64,000 nt of DNA, taken from positions 127 through 64,126 of the forward strand of contig CAZKMO010000003.1 in assembly GCA_964554015.1 (NCBI GenBank), given 5' to 3'. Both the position numbers and the translations under genes were made by a program. The stretch's first letter is position 1, and each line of letters starts with the position of its first letter. The notes beneath the pieces were generated by a model. The model was given only the letters and a program-made list of their open reading frames with translations, searched no databases and was not told the DNA's origin. Shown piece by piece: positions 28,119 through 38,681 of the stretch. Source of the stretch: an uncultured bacterium (lineage in GTDB: Bacteria > Zhuqueibacterota > QNDG01 > CAYUAG01).

Positions 28119-28675
28119 TTTTTATTCCAGGTTTGTTTGGGATAATTTTGCCAGTGTTGTCTTTGGATTTCATGAATTACAATTCCATATGCTACTGCAA
28201 CATTTATAGAATTTTTAAATCCTAACATAGGAATTTCAACAATATCATCAACTAATTTTAATACCTGGGGTGATATACCCAAGGCTTCATTACCAAGAAT
28301 AATAGATACGGGAAAAGGAAAATTGAAATTCCAAATTATTTTACTTTTATTTGTAGTTTCAAGAGCAATTACCGGTATACCCTGCTTTTGCTGTTTTTTA
28401 ACTGCATCCATCAAAAACGGTTCATATTCACATTGAACATAATCAAGAGTTCCAACAGCTGTCTTTTCCAATTTTTTATGGGGTGGATGCGCAGTTATTC
28501 CACACATAATAACTTTTTCAATTAAAGCACAATCAGAAGTACGAATAATTGATCCCACATTAAAAGCACTTCTTAAATTATCTAGGATCACAGTAATGGG
28601 TGCCTTTTTAATTTTTTTGAATTTTTTGATGGATATATTTGAATCCAGAGTTTTTATTTTTAACTTGGTTTCCAT
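28115..28675 (-). CDS. SpoU/TrmH-family RNA 2'-O-methyltransferase
   Basis: NLRSAFNVGSIIRTSD, ILGNEALGIS and NSINVAVAYGIV motifs; 4-nt overlap with pcm. Confidence 0.75.
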   Translation of the reverse strand: METKLKIKTLDSNISIKKFKKIKKAPITVILDNLRSAFNVGSIIRTSDCALIEKVIMCGITAHPPHKKLEKTAVGTLDYVQCEYEPFLMDAVKKQQKQGIPVIALETTNKSKIIWNFNFPFPVSIILGNEALGISPQVLKLVDDIVEIPMLGFKNSINVAVAYGIVIHEIQRQHWQNYPKQTWNKK

Positions 28676-28687
28676 ATCGCAAAAATT

Positions 28688-29371
28688 TTAAAATTTATTA
28701 TCACAATAATCTGTGACGTTCATTAAAATATCATCAAGATCATGAGTAGTAAATTCATGATTGTTTATTGCTTCCCAAACTGGAGGTCCCATGGAAACAT
28801 AACATTTGGCAAAAGGTTTTGGTATCATAAAATGACACCAGGTATTTAAAATCCATTTTCTATTGGCTGAATAAGTTAAAGGAATTATTGGATATAGTGA
28901 TTTTTTCGATAAAAAAATATTACCCTCTTTTGATTTATATCGCGGACCACGAGGACCGTCTACTGCAATTCCACCTGCCCATCCTTTCTCAAAAGCTCTT
29001 TTTAAATTTATTAATCCTCTGACACCCTGTCTTTTACTTGATCCCCTAACAACTTTATAACCGAATTTTCTACAAATACGGGTAATAATTTCACCAGACC
29101 AGCTTAAATCTATTAAGAGACAAACCGGCCATTGTTTGAAATAAGGTACCAGTAAAAAAAGTCTCCCATGCCAAAAACTATATATTGCCCGGGAACGATC
29201 AAAATTTTTCATCTCCGGATGAAGATAAAATTGGATCTTTAAGCTTTTTATATAAATTTGTATGATAAATACAGACAATGATGATATGAAATCTAAAAAA
29301 CCTTCAGAATAAGTTATCTTTCTGCGAAGCTTTTTTAATTTCTTTTTTATTTGAAATCCAGATATGGACAT
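28688..29371 (-). CDS. DUF374-family protein (lysophospholipid acyltransferase-like)
   Basis: RICRKFGYKVVRGSSKRQGVRGL...GIAVDGPRGPRYKSKEGNIFLSKKSLYPIIPL matches the conserved DUF374 blocks. Confidence 0.55.
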   Translation of the reverse strand: MSISGFQIKKKLKKLRRKITYSEGFLDFISSLSVFIIQIYIKSLKIQFYLHPEMKNFDRSRAIYSFWHGRLFLLVPYFKQWPVCLLIDLSWSGEIITRICRKFGYKVVRGSSKRQGVRGLINLKRAFEKGWAGGIAVDGPRGPRYKSKEGNIFLSKKSLYPIIPLTYSANRKWILNTWCHFMIPKPFAKCYVSMGPPVWEAINNHEFTTHDLDDILMNVTDYCDNKF

Positions 29372-29374
29372 AAC

Positions 29375-29971
29375 TTATAATAAAAATCCAAACTTAATAG
29401 TTAAAACCTGGGGTTTCGATTCCGGATGAAACAAAAGGTGCCATCGTATTTCAAATTGGGTAATATTTTTTCTTCCATAATTATTTGTTAATAATCCTAC
29501 GGTTAATCCGGAGGTGGTAAGGTCTTCCTTAGCATTATCAAATTGCTGAAACAGATTATAATATCCTATCCCTGGTGAAATATAGGAATCAGTATTCAGA
29601 GAAAATTTTAGTTTATAATCAAAACAAATATCACCCCAAAACAAATTAAATTTTAGTTTACTGTTATCTTGTATAACGGAACCTAAATTAAATGTGTATA
29701 ATCCATTTGCGCTTACCTGAAAAGCAAATCGGTTGGTAATTCCAAAATAGGTAACAATACCGCCGCATATTGCAATGGGAGTACGGTAATGGGATATAGG
29801 TATCTTCGGTATACCTATACCCAAATTAAATCCTGGGGTAAACAAATTAATTTTGGATCGAAAAGGATCTGCATAACTGGTTCGGGAAAAAAAGCATAGT
29901 AAAAGGAATATCAATACGACGGATTTTTTTTTCATCTGCTTATACCTGAAAAATTTATTATTAAATTTCAA
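29375..29971 (-). CDS. Small predicted outer-membrane beta-barrel protein with a signal peptide
   Basis: Signal peptide KKSVVLIFLLLCFFSRTSYA; alternating-pattern strands; C-terminal aromatic LTIKFGFLL. Confidence 0.4.
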   Translation of the reverse strand: MKFNNKFFRYKQMKKKSVVLIFLLLCFFSRTSYADPFRSKINLFTPGFNLGIGIPKIPISHYRTPIAICGGIVTYFGITNRFAFQVSANGLYTFNLGSVIQDNSKLKFNLFWGDICFDYKLKFSLNTDSYISPGIGYYNLFQQFDNAKEDLTTSGLTVGLLTNNYGRKNITQFEIRWHLLFHPESKPQVLTIKFGFLL

Positions 29972-30175
29972 TTGTAATAACTAAAGGTAATAAAATGAGT
30001 AATTCTTGTCAATAAAATTATAATATTTATTTTTTATGCAAAATTATTTTGAGATTTGAAAAGTTTGATTTATATTAAAACAAGTCTATGAAAAAAATTT
30101 TATTTGTTTAAAAAATTTATATTAAAAATAATAATTATTATTTTTCTATCATTATCAGTTGCCAAATTGTGATTT

Positions 30176-31105
30176 ATGAAAATATTTTTTACTACAAACT
30201 TTATATTAATAATAGTTATCAAAGTAATCTGTCAAACTATTTCTGTTCCCAACGATACAATTTCGAAACAATCCCCCCAAAAAGTACTATCTGAAAACAT
30301 TTCTTTTGCTGATTCTGTTATTTTTTATGATCCTGGAGCTTTGGGAGACAATACCGGAGAAGAACCTTCTAAACAATATCAAAATGCACAGAAGGCACTG
30401 GGTAAGCCTGATTGCATCTCAGATAAGGACACAGGATTTGTTTCTCTGGGTAACGGAGGAACCATAATTATTAAATTTACTGATAATATTCTTATAAACG
30501 GACCTGGTGCTGATCTGAAAGTTTGTGAAGTCGGTAATGACGAACCTATAAATATTTGGGTAAGTTCTGATAATAAGATATATCTACCCTTAAATAAATC
30601 TGCAGATTCAAACTATACATTTGATTTTGGCACTCAATCTCTAAATGAACATTTTTATACATTTGTCAAAATCAGAGATATTTATGACTTTAATCCCCTT
30701 CCGGATACCTCTGATCACGCCTTAGGCGCCGATATCGATGCTGTGGTAGCCTTAAATACTGCCAAGAGAGTAACTTTTAAAACCGATTCACTTTTCAGTT
30801 CTGAAATGATTGATCTTTCTGAATACGGGAAAAAAAAGTTAACTGACTTAGCCGATAAAATCAGAATTCTTTCTCAACCTGTAGTTATAATTAATGCTTA
30901 CTCACATCAAAAAGCAAGTGAAAGGTATTTGTCCTTGTCAACCTATATGCAAGCAGATATAATTCGTCAATACCTATTTAATAATCAAGAACTTTCCTTG
31001 ACTGAATATCATATTTCGGGTAAAGGATATGATGAGAACCTGAAATATTCAATAATTGAAATTTTAATACAGCAAAAAATAAATGAAAAATCCTTTAACC
31101 GATAA
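30176..31105 (+). CDS. Secreted hypothetical protein with a degenerate OmpA-like C-terminal region
   Basis: N-terminal signal peptide; C-terminus VIINAYSHQKASERYLSLSTYMQADIIRQYL...ISGKGYDEN weakly resembles an OmpA_C peptidoglycan-binding fold. Confidence 0.35.
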   Translation: MKIFFTTNFILIIVIKVICQTISVPNDTISKQSPQKVLSENISFADSVIFYDPGALGDNTGEEPSKQYQNAQKALGKPDCISDKDTGFVSLGNGGTIIIKFTDNILINGPGADLKVCEVGNDEPINIWVSSDNKIYLPLNKSADSNYTFDFGTQSLNEHFYTFVKIRDIYDFNPLPDTSDHALGADIDAVVALNTAKRVTFKTDSLFSSEMIDLSEYGKKKLTDLADKIRILSQPVVIINAYSHQKASERYLSLSTYMQADIIRQYLFNNQELSLTEYHISGKGYDENLKYSIIEILIQQKINEKSFNR

Positions 31106-32168
31106 GATTTATCATTCCCGGAAAATTCCCCGGACTCCTGATATCCGTGGTGATTACTTCCGTGACCAAACTGCTATCATTCATGCCACTCCTTTTCGGC
31201 GATTGAAGTATAAAACCCAGGTATTTTTTTCTCCCCAGAATGATCATATATGCACCCGGATAGAGCATGTACTGCATGTGTCAACCATTGCCAGTACCAT
31301 ATGCAAAGGGTTGAATCTGGATATTGAACTTGCTCAAGCTATTGCTCTGGGACATGATCTCGGACATGCTCCTTTTGGACATATTGGAGAACAAGCATTA
31401 AATAGTTTTACCTCTGATATCGGTGGATTTATTCATGAAATTCATAGTTTAAAAGTGGTGGATCAGATTACCCGTGACGGAAAAGGCCTGAATTTAACTT
31501 TTGCGGTGAGAGATGGTATTGTAGCTCATTGTGGTGAGGATTTTAAACAGACCATTGAACCTATCCGGTACTATCGTGATCTTGACACTATTACTGCCAG
31601 GTTACAATCTCCAGTCACTTTTGAAGGCTGTGTGGTCCGCTTTTCCGATAGAATTGCCTATTTGGGAAGAGATATTGAAGATGCCATAATTATTGGATTA
31701 ATAACTATAAATGATATCCCTACAATAATAAGAAAAAATCTGGGCAGTACCAATGGTGAAATTATTGATAGTCTGGTAAAGGATGTCATTAAAACCTCTC
31801 AGGGGAAAAACCTGATAAGCTTTTCAGATGATAAATACAATCTCATGGTGCAGTTAAAGGAATTTAATTATGGATATATCTACAATCATTCTTCCATTAT
31901 TAAGAATAATGAAATAATAACCCGGCTACTGGAGCAGCTTTATTTTAATCTAATAAAACTATTTAAAAAGGGCGGCTTTGAGGAAAAATTTTATAAAAGT
32001 ACTTCCTTGAATATTATGCAACATTTTGGAAATTTTATCATCAAACGCAAACATCTTTATGAAAAAACAGATCATCCGGAACGGTGTGTGGTGGATTTTA
32101 TTGCCGGGATGACTGATTCCTATGCCTATGAAGCAGCCAGAGAAATAATATTCCCCACACCTCTCTGA
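31083..32168 (+). CDS. HD-domain dGTP triphosphohydrolase-like protein (short-form Dgt)
   Basis: RTPDIRGDYFRDQTAIIHATPFRRLKYKTQVF...TRIEHVLHVSTIA...GHDLGHAPFGH. Confidence 0.8.
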   Translation: MKNPLTDKIYHSRKIPRTPDIRGDYFRDQTAIIHATPFRRLKYKTQVFFSPQNDHICTRIEHVLHVSTIASTICKGLNLDIELAQAIALGHDLGHAPFGHIGEQALNSFTSDIGGFIHEIHSLKVVDQITRDGKGLNLTFAVRDGIVAHCGEDFKQTIEPIRYYRDLDTITARLQSPVTFEGCVVRFSDRIAYLGRDIEDAIIIGLITINDIPTIIRKNLGSTNGEIIDSLVKDVIKTSQGKNLISFSDDKYNLMVQLKEFNYGYIYNHSSIIKNNEIITRLLEQLYFNLIKLFKKGGFEEKFYKSTSLNIMQHFGNFIIKRKHLYEKTDHPERCVVDFIAGMTDSYAYEAAREIIFPTPL

Positions 32169-32421
32169 TGAGATATTCTATTGCAGATTCAAACTATCCA
32201 ATAATATTTATGATTATATTTTTAAAAAGAATTATTTATTTTATTTAATTTATATGTTTATACAATGTAATTTATCTTGTATTTGATATAATCTATTTTA
32301 CCTATTAACGAAAATTACAATTTTTTTTTAAATAAGGTGAAAATAATATGGATACCTAAAAATATCAAGAGATCCTTTTAACCAGAATACATGAAATTAA
32401 ATGATTATTTAATTAAATTCC

Positions 32422-33579
32422 TTATTTTTTAGAAGCAGCTTTCTTTATAATATCCCGGGCAATAATCAAACGCTGAATTTCATTGGTTCCTTCATAAATT
32501 TGAGTAATTCTGGCATCTCGCATATTCTTTTCAATAGGATAAGCAGAAGTTACACCATATTCACCTAATATAGAAACTGCTTCACTGGTTGTCTTCATAG
32601 CAACATCAGAAGCATAAAGTTTACACATGGCTGAAGTACTGGAAAGGTCTTTTTCACCACTATCCATGGCCCGGGCTACAGAATATATAAGAGCACGGGC
32701 AGCTTCTATTTCAGTTGCCATATTTGCCAGTTTATATTGAACTCCCTGATAACCAGTAAGAGGATGTCCGGAATGTTTATGCTCACGGCAAAAAGCAACC
32801 GTATGATCAAGGGTGCCCTGGGCAATACCCAGAGCTTGAGAAGCTACTCCTGGTCTGGAATTATCAAATGTTTTCATAGCTAAAAGAAATCCCATTCCCT
32901 CTCTTCCGATAAGATTATCTTTATGAACCCGGCAATCTTCAAAAATTAATTCACCGGTCACTGAACCTCTTATACCTAATTTCTTCAATTTTTCTCCGTA
33001 GGATAATCCCGGTGTTCCATCTTCTACCCAAAAAGTCGATGCGCCTCTACTCCCTTTTTCCGGATTAGTTATGGCAAAAACTGACATATATTTAGCAATT
33101 CCACCATTGGTAATAAAATGTTTCATACCATTTAAAATATAATAATCACCATCTTTTTTAGCTCTGGTTTTTATAGAGGAAACATCCGAACCAGCATCTG
33201 GTTCAGTAAGACCATAGGCAGCTAATGCTTTTCCCGCAGCTATTTCCGGAAGATACTTCTTTTTCTGTTCCTCAGATCCTCCAATTTGAAGCGGCAATAT
33301 TCCTAAAGCAGTACCGGCAAATCCCAGGGCAATGCCCCCACAAGCCTTAGAGAGTTCTTCGGTCGCTAAAACCAATCCCATTGTACCCATACCCAGACCA
33401 CCATATTCTTTATCCACTAAAATTCTGAAAAAATCTTCTTTCGCCAATATTTCGATGATTTCCCAAGGAAACTTCTCTTCTTGATCACACTCCCTGGCAA
33501 TAGGATTAATTTTTTCTTGAGCAATCTGACGAGCCTTATTACGAATTTTAATTTCCTCTTCTGTCAATAAATAATTCAT
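32422..33579 (-). CDS. Acyl-CoA dehydrogenase (butyryl-CoA dehydrogenase-like)
   Basis: Full-length ACAD fold; C-terminal catalytic region QIYEGTNEIQRLIIAR. Confidence 0.88.
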   Translation of the reverse strand: MNYLLTEEEIKIRNKARQIAQEKINPIARECDQEEKFPWEIIEILAKEDFFRILVDKEYGGLGMGTMGLVLATEELSKACGGIALGFAGTALGILPLQIGGSEEQKKKYLPEIAAGKALAAYGLTEPDAGSDVSSIKTRAKKDGDYYILNGMKHFITNGGIAKYMSVFAITNPEKGSRGASTFWVEDGTPGLSYGEKLKKLGIRGSVTGELIFEDCRVHKDNLIGREGMGFLLAMKTFDNSRPGVASQALGIAQGTLDHTVAFCREHKHSGHPLTGYQGVQYKLANMATEIEAARALIYSVARAMDSGEKDLSSTSAMCKLYASDVAMKTTSEAVSILGEYGVTSAYPIEKNMRDARITQIYEGTNEIQRLIIARDIIKKAASKK

Positions 33580-33590
33580 TCAAAACTCCT

Positions 33591-34337
33591 TTATTTATTC
33601 CCCAAGCCAATTTTACTAATTGCAGCCTGAGCGGCATTTTGTTCTGCTTTTTTCTTACTTTTTCCCTTTCCGATTCCATAACTTCTACCTTCAACAAAAA
33701 CTTCCACTGTAAATGTTTTATTATGATCTGGGCCTCGTTCATTTATAATTCGATACTTGGGAATGGTTTGGGTGGTATCTTGAATATATTCTAACAACTT
33801 ACTTTTATAATTTATCGGTATTGGTTTGTTACGAAATTTTTTAACATCATTAATAATAAATTGTTTAATAAATTTTTTAACTTTATCTAATCCCTTATCC
33901 AGGTAAATAGCACCCACTAAAGCTTCCAAGGCATCGGATAAAATGGTATCCCTATTACGGCCTCCAGATTGGTCTTCCCCCTCACCTAATAGAATAAATT
34001 GATTCAGGTTCATTTGTCTGGCTTTGTTGGCCAAAGCTTCTTGATTGACAAAGAATGATTTGAGTTTGGTTAAATCTCCTTCATCTTTATCTGGAAACAT
34101 TTTATAAAATTCTTCGCAAACAATCAAATCTAAGACAGCATCTCCTAAAAATTCCAACCTTTCATTAGATTCATTTCGTTTCATATTATTATTGAGATAT
34201 GAACGATGGATTAATGCTTTGCGCAACAAAATTTTATTCTTAAATTTATAATGTAAGGTACGAGAAAAAAGATCAAGAATTTTTGTTTGATTTCTCGTAC
34301 CCTTTATAAAATATGTTCTTATAGATCTAAATATCAA
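33591..34337 (-). CDS. rnc: Ribonuclease III
   Basis: ERLEFLGDAVLDL signature plus C-terminal dsRBD (KSKKKAEQNAAQAAISKIG). Confidence 0.9.
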   Translation of the reverse strand: MIFRSIRTYFIKGTRNQTKILDLFSRTLHYKFKNKILLRKALIHRSYLNNNMKRNESNERLEFLGDAVLDLIVCEEFYKMFPDKDEGDLTKLKSFFVNQEALANKARQMNLNQFILLGEGEDQSGGRNRDTILSDALEALVGAIYLDKGLDKVKKFIKQFIINDVKKFRNKPIPINYKSKLLEYIQDTTQTIPKYRIINERGPDHNKTFTVEVFVEGRSYGIGKGKSKKKAEQNAAQAAISKIGLGNK

Positions 34338-34387
34338 TCTTAAATTAAATATTTTATCAAATTATTTTGAATATACCCTAAAAATAT

Positions 34388-35632
34388 CTATTCTACAAAA
34401 CGCTTCAACGCTAAACAGACATTATGTCCTCCAAAACCAAAAGAGTTGGAAAGCACTGCATCTACTTTTTGATCTCTTGCTTTATTGGGGACATAATCTA
34501 AATCACATTCAGGATCAGGATTTTCTAAATTCATGGTGGGAGGAATAATTCCCTGTTCAATAGTTTTTACAGCTGCCACAAATTCCGCAGCTCCGGACGC
34601 ACCTAAAAGATGTCCTATCATCGATTTATTTGAACTAACTGCTATTTTTTTAGCGTGATCACCAAACACACTTTTTATTGCCTTAGTTTCCATGGGATCA
34701 TTGGGAGGAGTAGAGGTTCCATGAGCATTAATATGTTGGATATCATCTATATTTAATTCCGCTGTTTCCAAGGCCCGTTTCATGGCCAGAGCAGCACCTT
34801 TTCCTTCCGGATGAGGGGCAGTAATGTGATAAGCATCACCAGTGAAACCAAAACCAGCCATTTCTGCATATATATTTGCTCCTCTCTTTTTAGCATGAGA
34901 AAGTTCCTCTAAAACAACTATGCCTGCTCCCTCACCTATAATAAAGCCATCTCTGTCTTTATCAAAAGGCCGACTGGCATGTTGGGGATCATCATTACGA
35001 GTTGACAAAGCTTTCATATTACTAAATCCGGCATAAGCCATTTCTGTCATGACACTTTCTGTACCACCGGTTATCATTACATCCGCATCCCCATGAATAA
35101 TATGAAGGTAAGAGACTCCGATACCATGCGATCCTGAAGCACAGGCTGATACAGTAGCATAGTTAGGCCCTAAGAAGCCATATCGCATGGAAACATAACC
35201 AGCTGTTATATCGGGAATCATCATGGGTATAAAGAATGGCGATACTCTATTCGGTCCCCGATTTATTAATTTCTCGTGTTCAATATGATAAACAACCATT
35301 CCCCCAATTCCTGAACTTATTATCACTCCTATACGGATTAGATCTTCTTTGTTCAGATCTAGACCAGCATCTGTAATTGCCATTTCAGAAGCACAAATTC
35401 CATACTGAGTAAACAAATCCATTCGCTTTACTCTCTTGGGTTCAATAAATTTATTCACATCCAAATTCTTCACTTCCGCACCGATTTGAGAAGCATAACC
35501 ATCAATATTAAATCGAGTTACCCTACTTATACCGCTTTTCCCCTTAATCAGAGAATCCCAATGTGAATCTGAATCATTACCGATTGCTGTAATTGCACTT
35601 AATCCTGTTACAACTACCCTGCGATTCGGCAT
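34388..35632 (-). CDS. fabF: 3-oxoacyl-ACP synthase II
   Basis: KAS II fold with active-site Cys in SACASGSHGIG, plus HGTSTP and GHLLGASG. Confidence 0.9.
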   Translation of the reverse strand: MPNRRVVVTGLSAITAIGNDSDSHWDSLIKGKSGISRVTRFNIDGYASQIGAEVKNLDVNKFIEPKRVKRMDLFTQYGICASEMAITDAGLDLNKEDLIRIGVIISSGIGGMVVYHIEHEKLINRGPNRVSPFFIPMMIPDITAGYVSMRYGFLGPNYATVSACASGSHGIGVSYLHIIHGDADVMITGGTESVMTEMAYAGFSNMKALSTRNDDPQHASRPFDKDRDGFIIGEGAGIVVLEELSHAKKRGANIYAEMAGFGFTGDAYHITAPHPEGKGAALAMKRALETAELNIDDIQHINAHGTSTPPNDPMETKAIKSVFGDHAKKIAVSSNKSMIGHLLGASGAAEFVAAVKTIEQGIIPPTMNLENPDPECDLDYVPNKARDQKVDAVLSNSFGFGGHNVCLALKRFVE

Positions 35633-35706
35633 TAATATACCCTCCTTATTGTTACGGAGTCCTGATTTTTTAACATCAAGACTCCTTTTTTCAGTTACTA
35701 ATTTCC

Positions 35707-35946
35707 CTATTTAGATGAAAGTTTTTCTTTTAAATACTCTTCTGCTTTTCCAACCGTGGTCAATTTTTCTGCATCTTCATCCGGAATTTCAATATCAAAT
35801 TCTTCTTCAAATGCCATTATCAATTCAACAGTATCAAGTGAATCAGCCCCTAGATCATCAATAAAAGATGCATCCTTGGTTATCTCACTCGGATCAACTC
35901 CTAAGCGATCAACAATAATCTCTTTGAATTTTTTTTCATCAACCAT
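35707..35946 (-). CDS. acpP: Acyl carrier protein
   Basis: [20 protein letters not shown] phosphopantetheine attachment site. Confidence 0.95.
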   Translation of the reverse strand: MVDEKKFKEIIVDRLGVDPSEITKDASFIDDLGADSLDTVELIMAFEEEFDIEIPDEDAEKLTTVGKAEEYLKEKLSSK

Positions 35947-35997
35947 TGTGTAACCTCCTTTTTTAACTCAACCTTAATTTTGTTAATATTTTTATTT

Positions 35998-36744
35998 CTA
36001 TGCTGTTAGCATTCCACCGTCTATTTGTAAAACTTGTCCAGTTATATAATCTGACCAGGAAGATGCCAAAAACAATACTGCTTTTGCTACATCCTCAGGC
36101 ATGCCAGCACGATTCATAGGAATCTGGGCAAGATAGGCATCTTTTATCTCTTGAGGAAGATGATCGGTCATCTCTGTTTCAATAAAACCGGGTGCTATGG
36201 CATTGACCTGGATATTTTTCCCCCCTAATTCCTTAGCAATACTCCGGGTGAATCCTATCAACCCCGCTTTGGAAGCGGCATAGTTGGATTGACCAGCATT
36301 ACCCATAATACCCACTACAGAAGAAATATTAATAATTTTTCCCCTATTTTGTTTTATCATTCTGCGAATAATCTGTTTGGTACAATTAAAAGCTCCTTTA
36401 AGATTTACCTGTAACACCATATCCCAATCTTGTTCGGACATTCTCATTAAAAGTTTATCCCGGGTAATTCCCGCATTATTGACCAGTATATCAATATTAT
36501 TGAATTTTTCGAAACAACTATCCACCATTGATTTTACCTGTTCAACATCCACAACATCCACTTTTAGGGCAATTGCTTTTACACCTTGTTTTTTTGCTTG
36601 GGAGGCAGTAGATGTTGCGTTTTCTTCATCCAGATCAGCAACCACAACATCACAGCCATGTTGTGCCAAGGAAAGCACAATTGCCTTACCAATTCCTCTG
36701 GCAGCTCCGGTTACAATAGCTTTTTTTCCTTTTAAATCAATCAT
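35998..36744 (-). CDS. fabG: 3-oxoacyl-ACP reductase
   Basis: SDR family: TGAARGIGKAI, NNAGI, YAASKAG. Confidence 0.9.
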   Translation of the reverse strand: MIDLKGKKAIVTGAARGIGKAIVLSLAQHGCDVVVADLDEENATSTASQAKKQGVKAIALKVDVVDVEQVKSMVDSCFEKFNNIDILVNNAGITRDKLLMRMSEQDWDMVLQVNLKGAFNCTKQIIRRMIKQNRGKIINISSVVGIMGNAGQSNYAASKAGLIGFTRSIAKELGGKNIQVNAIAPGFIETEMTDHLPQEIKDAYLAQIPMNRAGMPEDVAKAVLFLASSWSDYITGQVLQIDGGMLTA

Positions 36745-36756
36745 TTTATTTCCTTA

Positions 36757-37674
36757 TTAAAACTTATTTAATTGATCAACCGTCCCGCATCTAACCGACT
36801 GAACCGTTTGGTTAATTCTTCTCAATAGTCCGGATAATACCTGACCTGCTCCCACTTCGATAAATTTTTCTGCTCCGTCTTCAATCATATTTTCAATGGT
36901 AGTAACCCATCTTACGGTATGAGTTAATTGATCATATAAAAATGTCTTAATTTGTTGTTTATTTTCTGTATAAGTTCCTGTTACATTCTGATAAACAGGA
37001 ACTTTACTCATAGAAAAAACAGTACTATTGAGTTTTTCATTGAATTTTTCTACGGCTTCACTCATCAAGGGAGAATGAAAGGCGCCACTTACCGGAAGTT
37101 TAACAATCCGCTTTGCACCCTTTTCTTTAGCTAATTCCATTGCTTTTGAAACACTATTTACAGAACCGGAAATAACTATCTGTTGCGGTGAGTTAATATT
37201 AGCAATTTGTACGATTCCATTTTCTGAAGCATTTTCACATATTCCTCTGACCTCCTCAAATAATAAACCAATTATGGCTGCCATAGCGCCGGGATTTTCT
37301 TCACCTGCTTTCTGCATTAAAGATGCCCTTTGCTTAACCAGCGATAATCCTTCGGCAAAAGAAAAGACTTCCCCGAAAGCCAAAGCGGAAAATTCACCCA
37401 AACTGTGACCCGCAGCCATATGGACTTCAATACCTTTTTCCCTTAATATCTGGGAAATAATAAAACTATGCACATATAGGGCTGGCTGAGTATATCGAGT
37501 TTGTTTCAAACTATCAGCTGGTCCATCAAAAGAAATCTGAGAAATTTTAAAACCTAAGATTTCATCAGCTTCCTGATAAATTTTTTGGGCAGTATCAAAG
37601 GAATCATAAAAATCTTTACCCATTCCCACTAATTGGGATCCCTGTCCCGGAAATATAAAAGCTGTTTTTCCCAT
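36757..37674 (-). CDS. fabD: Malonyl-CoA:ACP transacylase
   Basis: GHSLGE active site and FPGQGSQ N-terminal motif. Confidence 0.9.
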   Translation of the reverse strand: MGKTAFIFPGQGSQLVGMGKDFYDSFDTAQKIYQEADEILGFKISQISFDGPADSLKQTRYTQPALYVHSFIISQILREKGIEVHMAAGHSLGEFSALAFGEVFSFAEGLSLVKQRASLMQKAGEENPGAMAAIIGLLFEEVRGICENASENGIVQIANINSPQQIVISGSVNSVSKAMELAKEKGAKRIVKLPVSGAFHSPLMSEAVEKFNEKLNSTVFSMSKVPVYQNVTGTYTENKQQIKTFLYDQLTHTVRWVTTIENMIEDGAEKFIEVGAGQVLSGLLRRINQTVQSVRCGTVDQLNKF

Positions 37675-37702
37675 ATTTTAGACCATTAATTAAAATAAAC
37701 TC

Positions 37703-38671
37703 TTAATACCGGATCACATTAGCAGCCCAGGTAAATCCTCCCCCAAATGCAGCCAATAGCAGCAAATCACCTCTATTTAATTTTCCCTGATCTCTAGCTT
37801 CGTTCATAGCTATGGGTATGGAGGCAGCGGAAGTATTACCGTATTCAGCAATATTAGAAAAAACTTTATCTTCACTTACTTTTAGCCGGCTCCCAAGGGC
37901 TTTTATTATTCGCATATTTGCCTGATGAGTAATTAAAAGATCAATATCCTTTTTATCGATTTCAGCATATTTTAAAGCATTTTCTGCTGCCTGGGACATT
38001 GACTTCACTGCATGTTTAAAAGTTTCCCTTCCTTCCATCTTAATATAATGCATTTTCTGATCAACCGTATCATGAGAAGTTGGATGGGCAACTCCATTAC
38101 CGGGCATATAAAGCAGATGGGCTAATTTACCATTACTTTTCATATAACTGGATAAAATTCCGGAGGAACCATCAGAAGCTCCCAGAACTGCGGCACCAGA
38201 TCCATCTCCAAACAATACACACGTACTTCGATCTTCCCAGTCAGTAATTCGGGATAACACCTCAGTGCCAAGTACTAATATTTTTTTATTTGGATCATTT
38301 TTAATAATATTATCAGCCAGAATCAAACCGTATAAAAATCCGGAACAGGCAGCAGAAATATCAAATCCAGCAGCATTTTTTGCCCCGATTTTATCCTGAA
38401 TTATACAAGCGGTAGAGGGAAACTGTTGGTCTGGAGTAATACTGGCATTAATTATGATATCAATATCTTCAGCCGAAATTCCCGCATCCCCTAATGCCTT
38501 TATACTACTTTCAGCTCCCAAATCAGAGTTGGTTTTTCCTTTTTCCAAAATATGTCTTCTTTCTATTCCGGAACGCTCCTTAATCCACTGGTCAGATGTA
38601 TCCACCATTTTCTCAAGATCATGATTGGTGAGGACTTGATCTGGAACAGCATATCCCATACCTAAAATCAT
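37703..38671 (-). CDS. fabH: 3-oxoacyl-ACP synthase III. Likely start at MILGMGYAVP.
   Basis: KAS III fold; AACSGF active-site Cys; GFGGGFTW C-terminus. Confidence 0.9.
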   Translation of the reverse strand: MILGMGYAVPDQVLTNHDLEKMVDTSDQWIKERSGIERRHILEKGKTNSDLGAESSIKALGDAGISAEDIDIIINASITPDQQFPSTACIIQDKIGAKNAAGFDISAACSGFLYGLILADNIIKNDPNKKILVLGTEVLSRITDWEDRSTCVLFGDGSGAAVLGASDGSSGILSSYMKSNGKLAHLLYMPGNGVAHPTSHDTVDQKMHYIKMEGRETFKHAVKSMSQAAENALKYAEIDKKDIDLLITHQANMRIIKALGSRLKVSEDKVFSNIAEYGNTSAASIPIAMNEARDQGKLNRGDLLLLAAFGGGFTWAANVIRY

Positions 38672-38681
38672 TGTGGATGGC

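Noticed and set aside
33548-33742. 64-aa ORF spanning the rnc/acyl-CoA dehydrogenase junction
   Set aside because: Out of frame with both real genes and fully overlapped by them.
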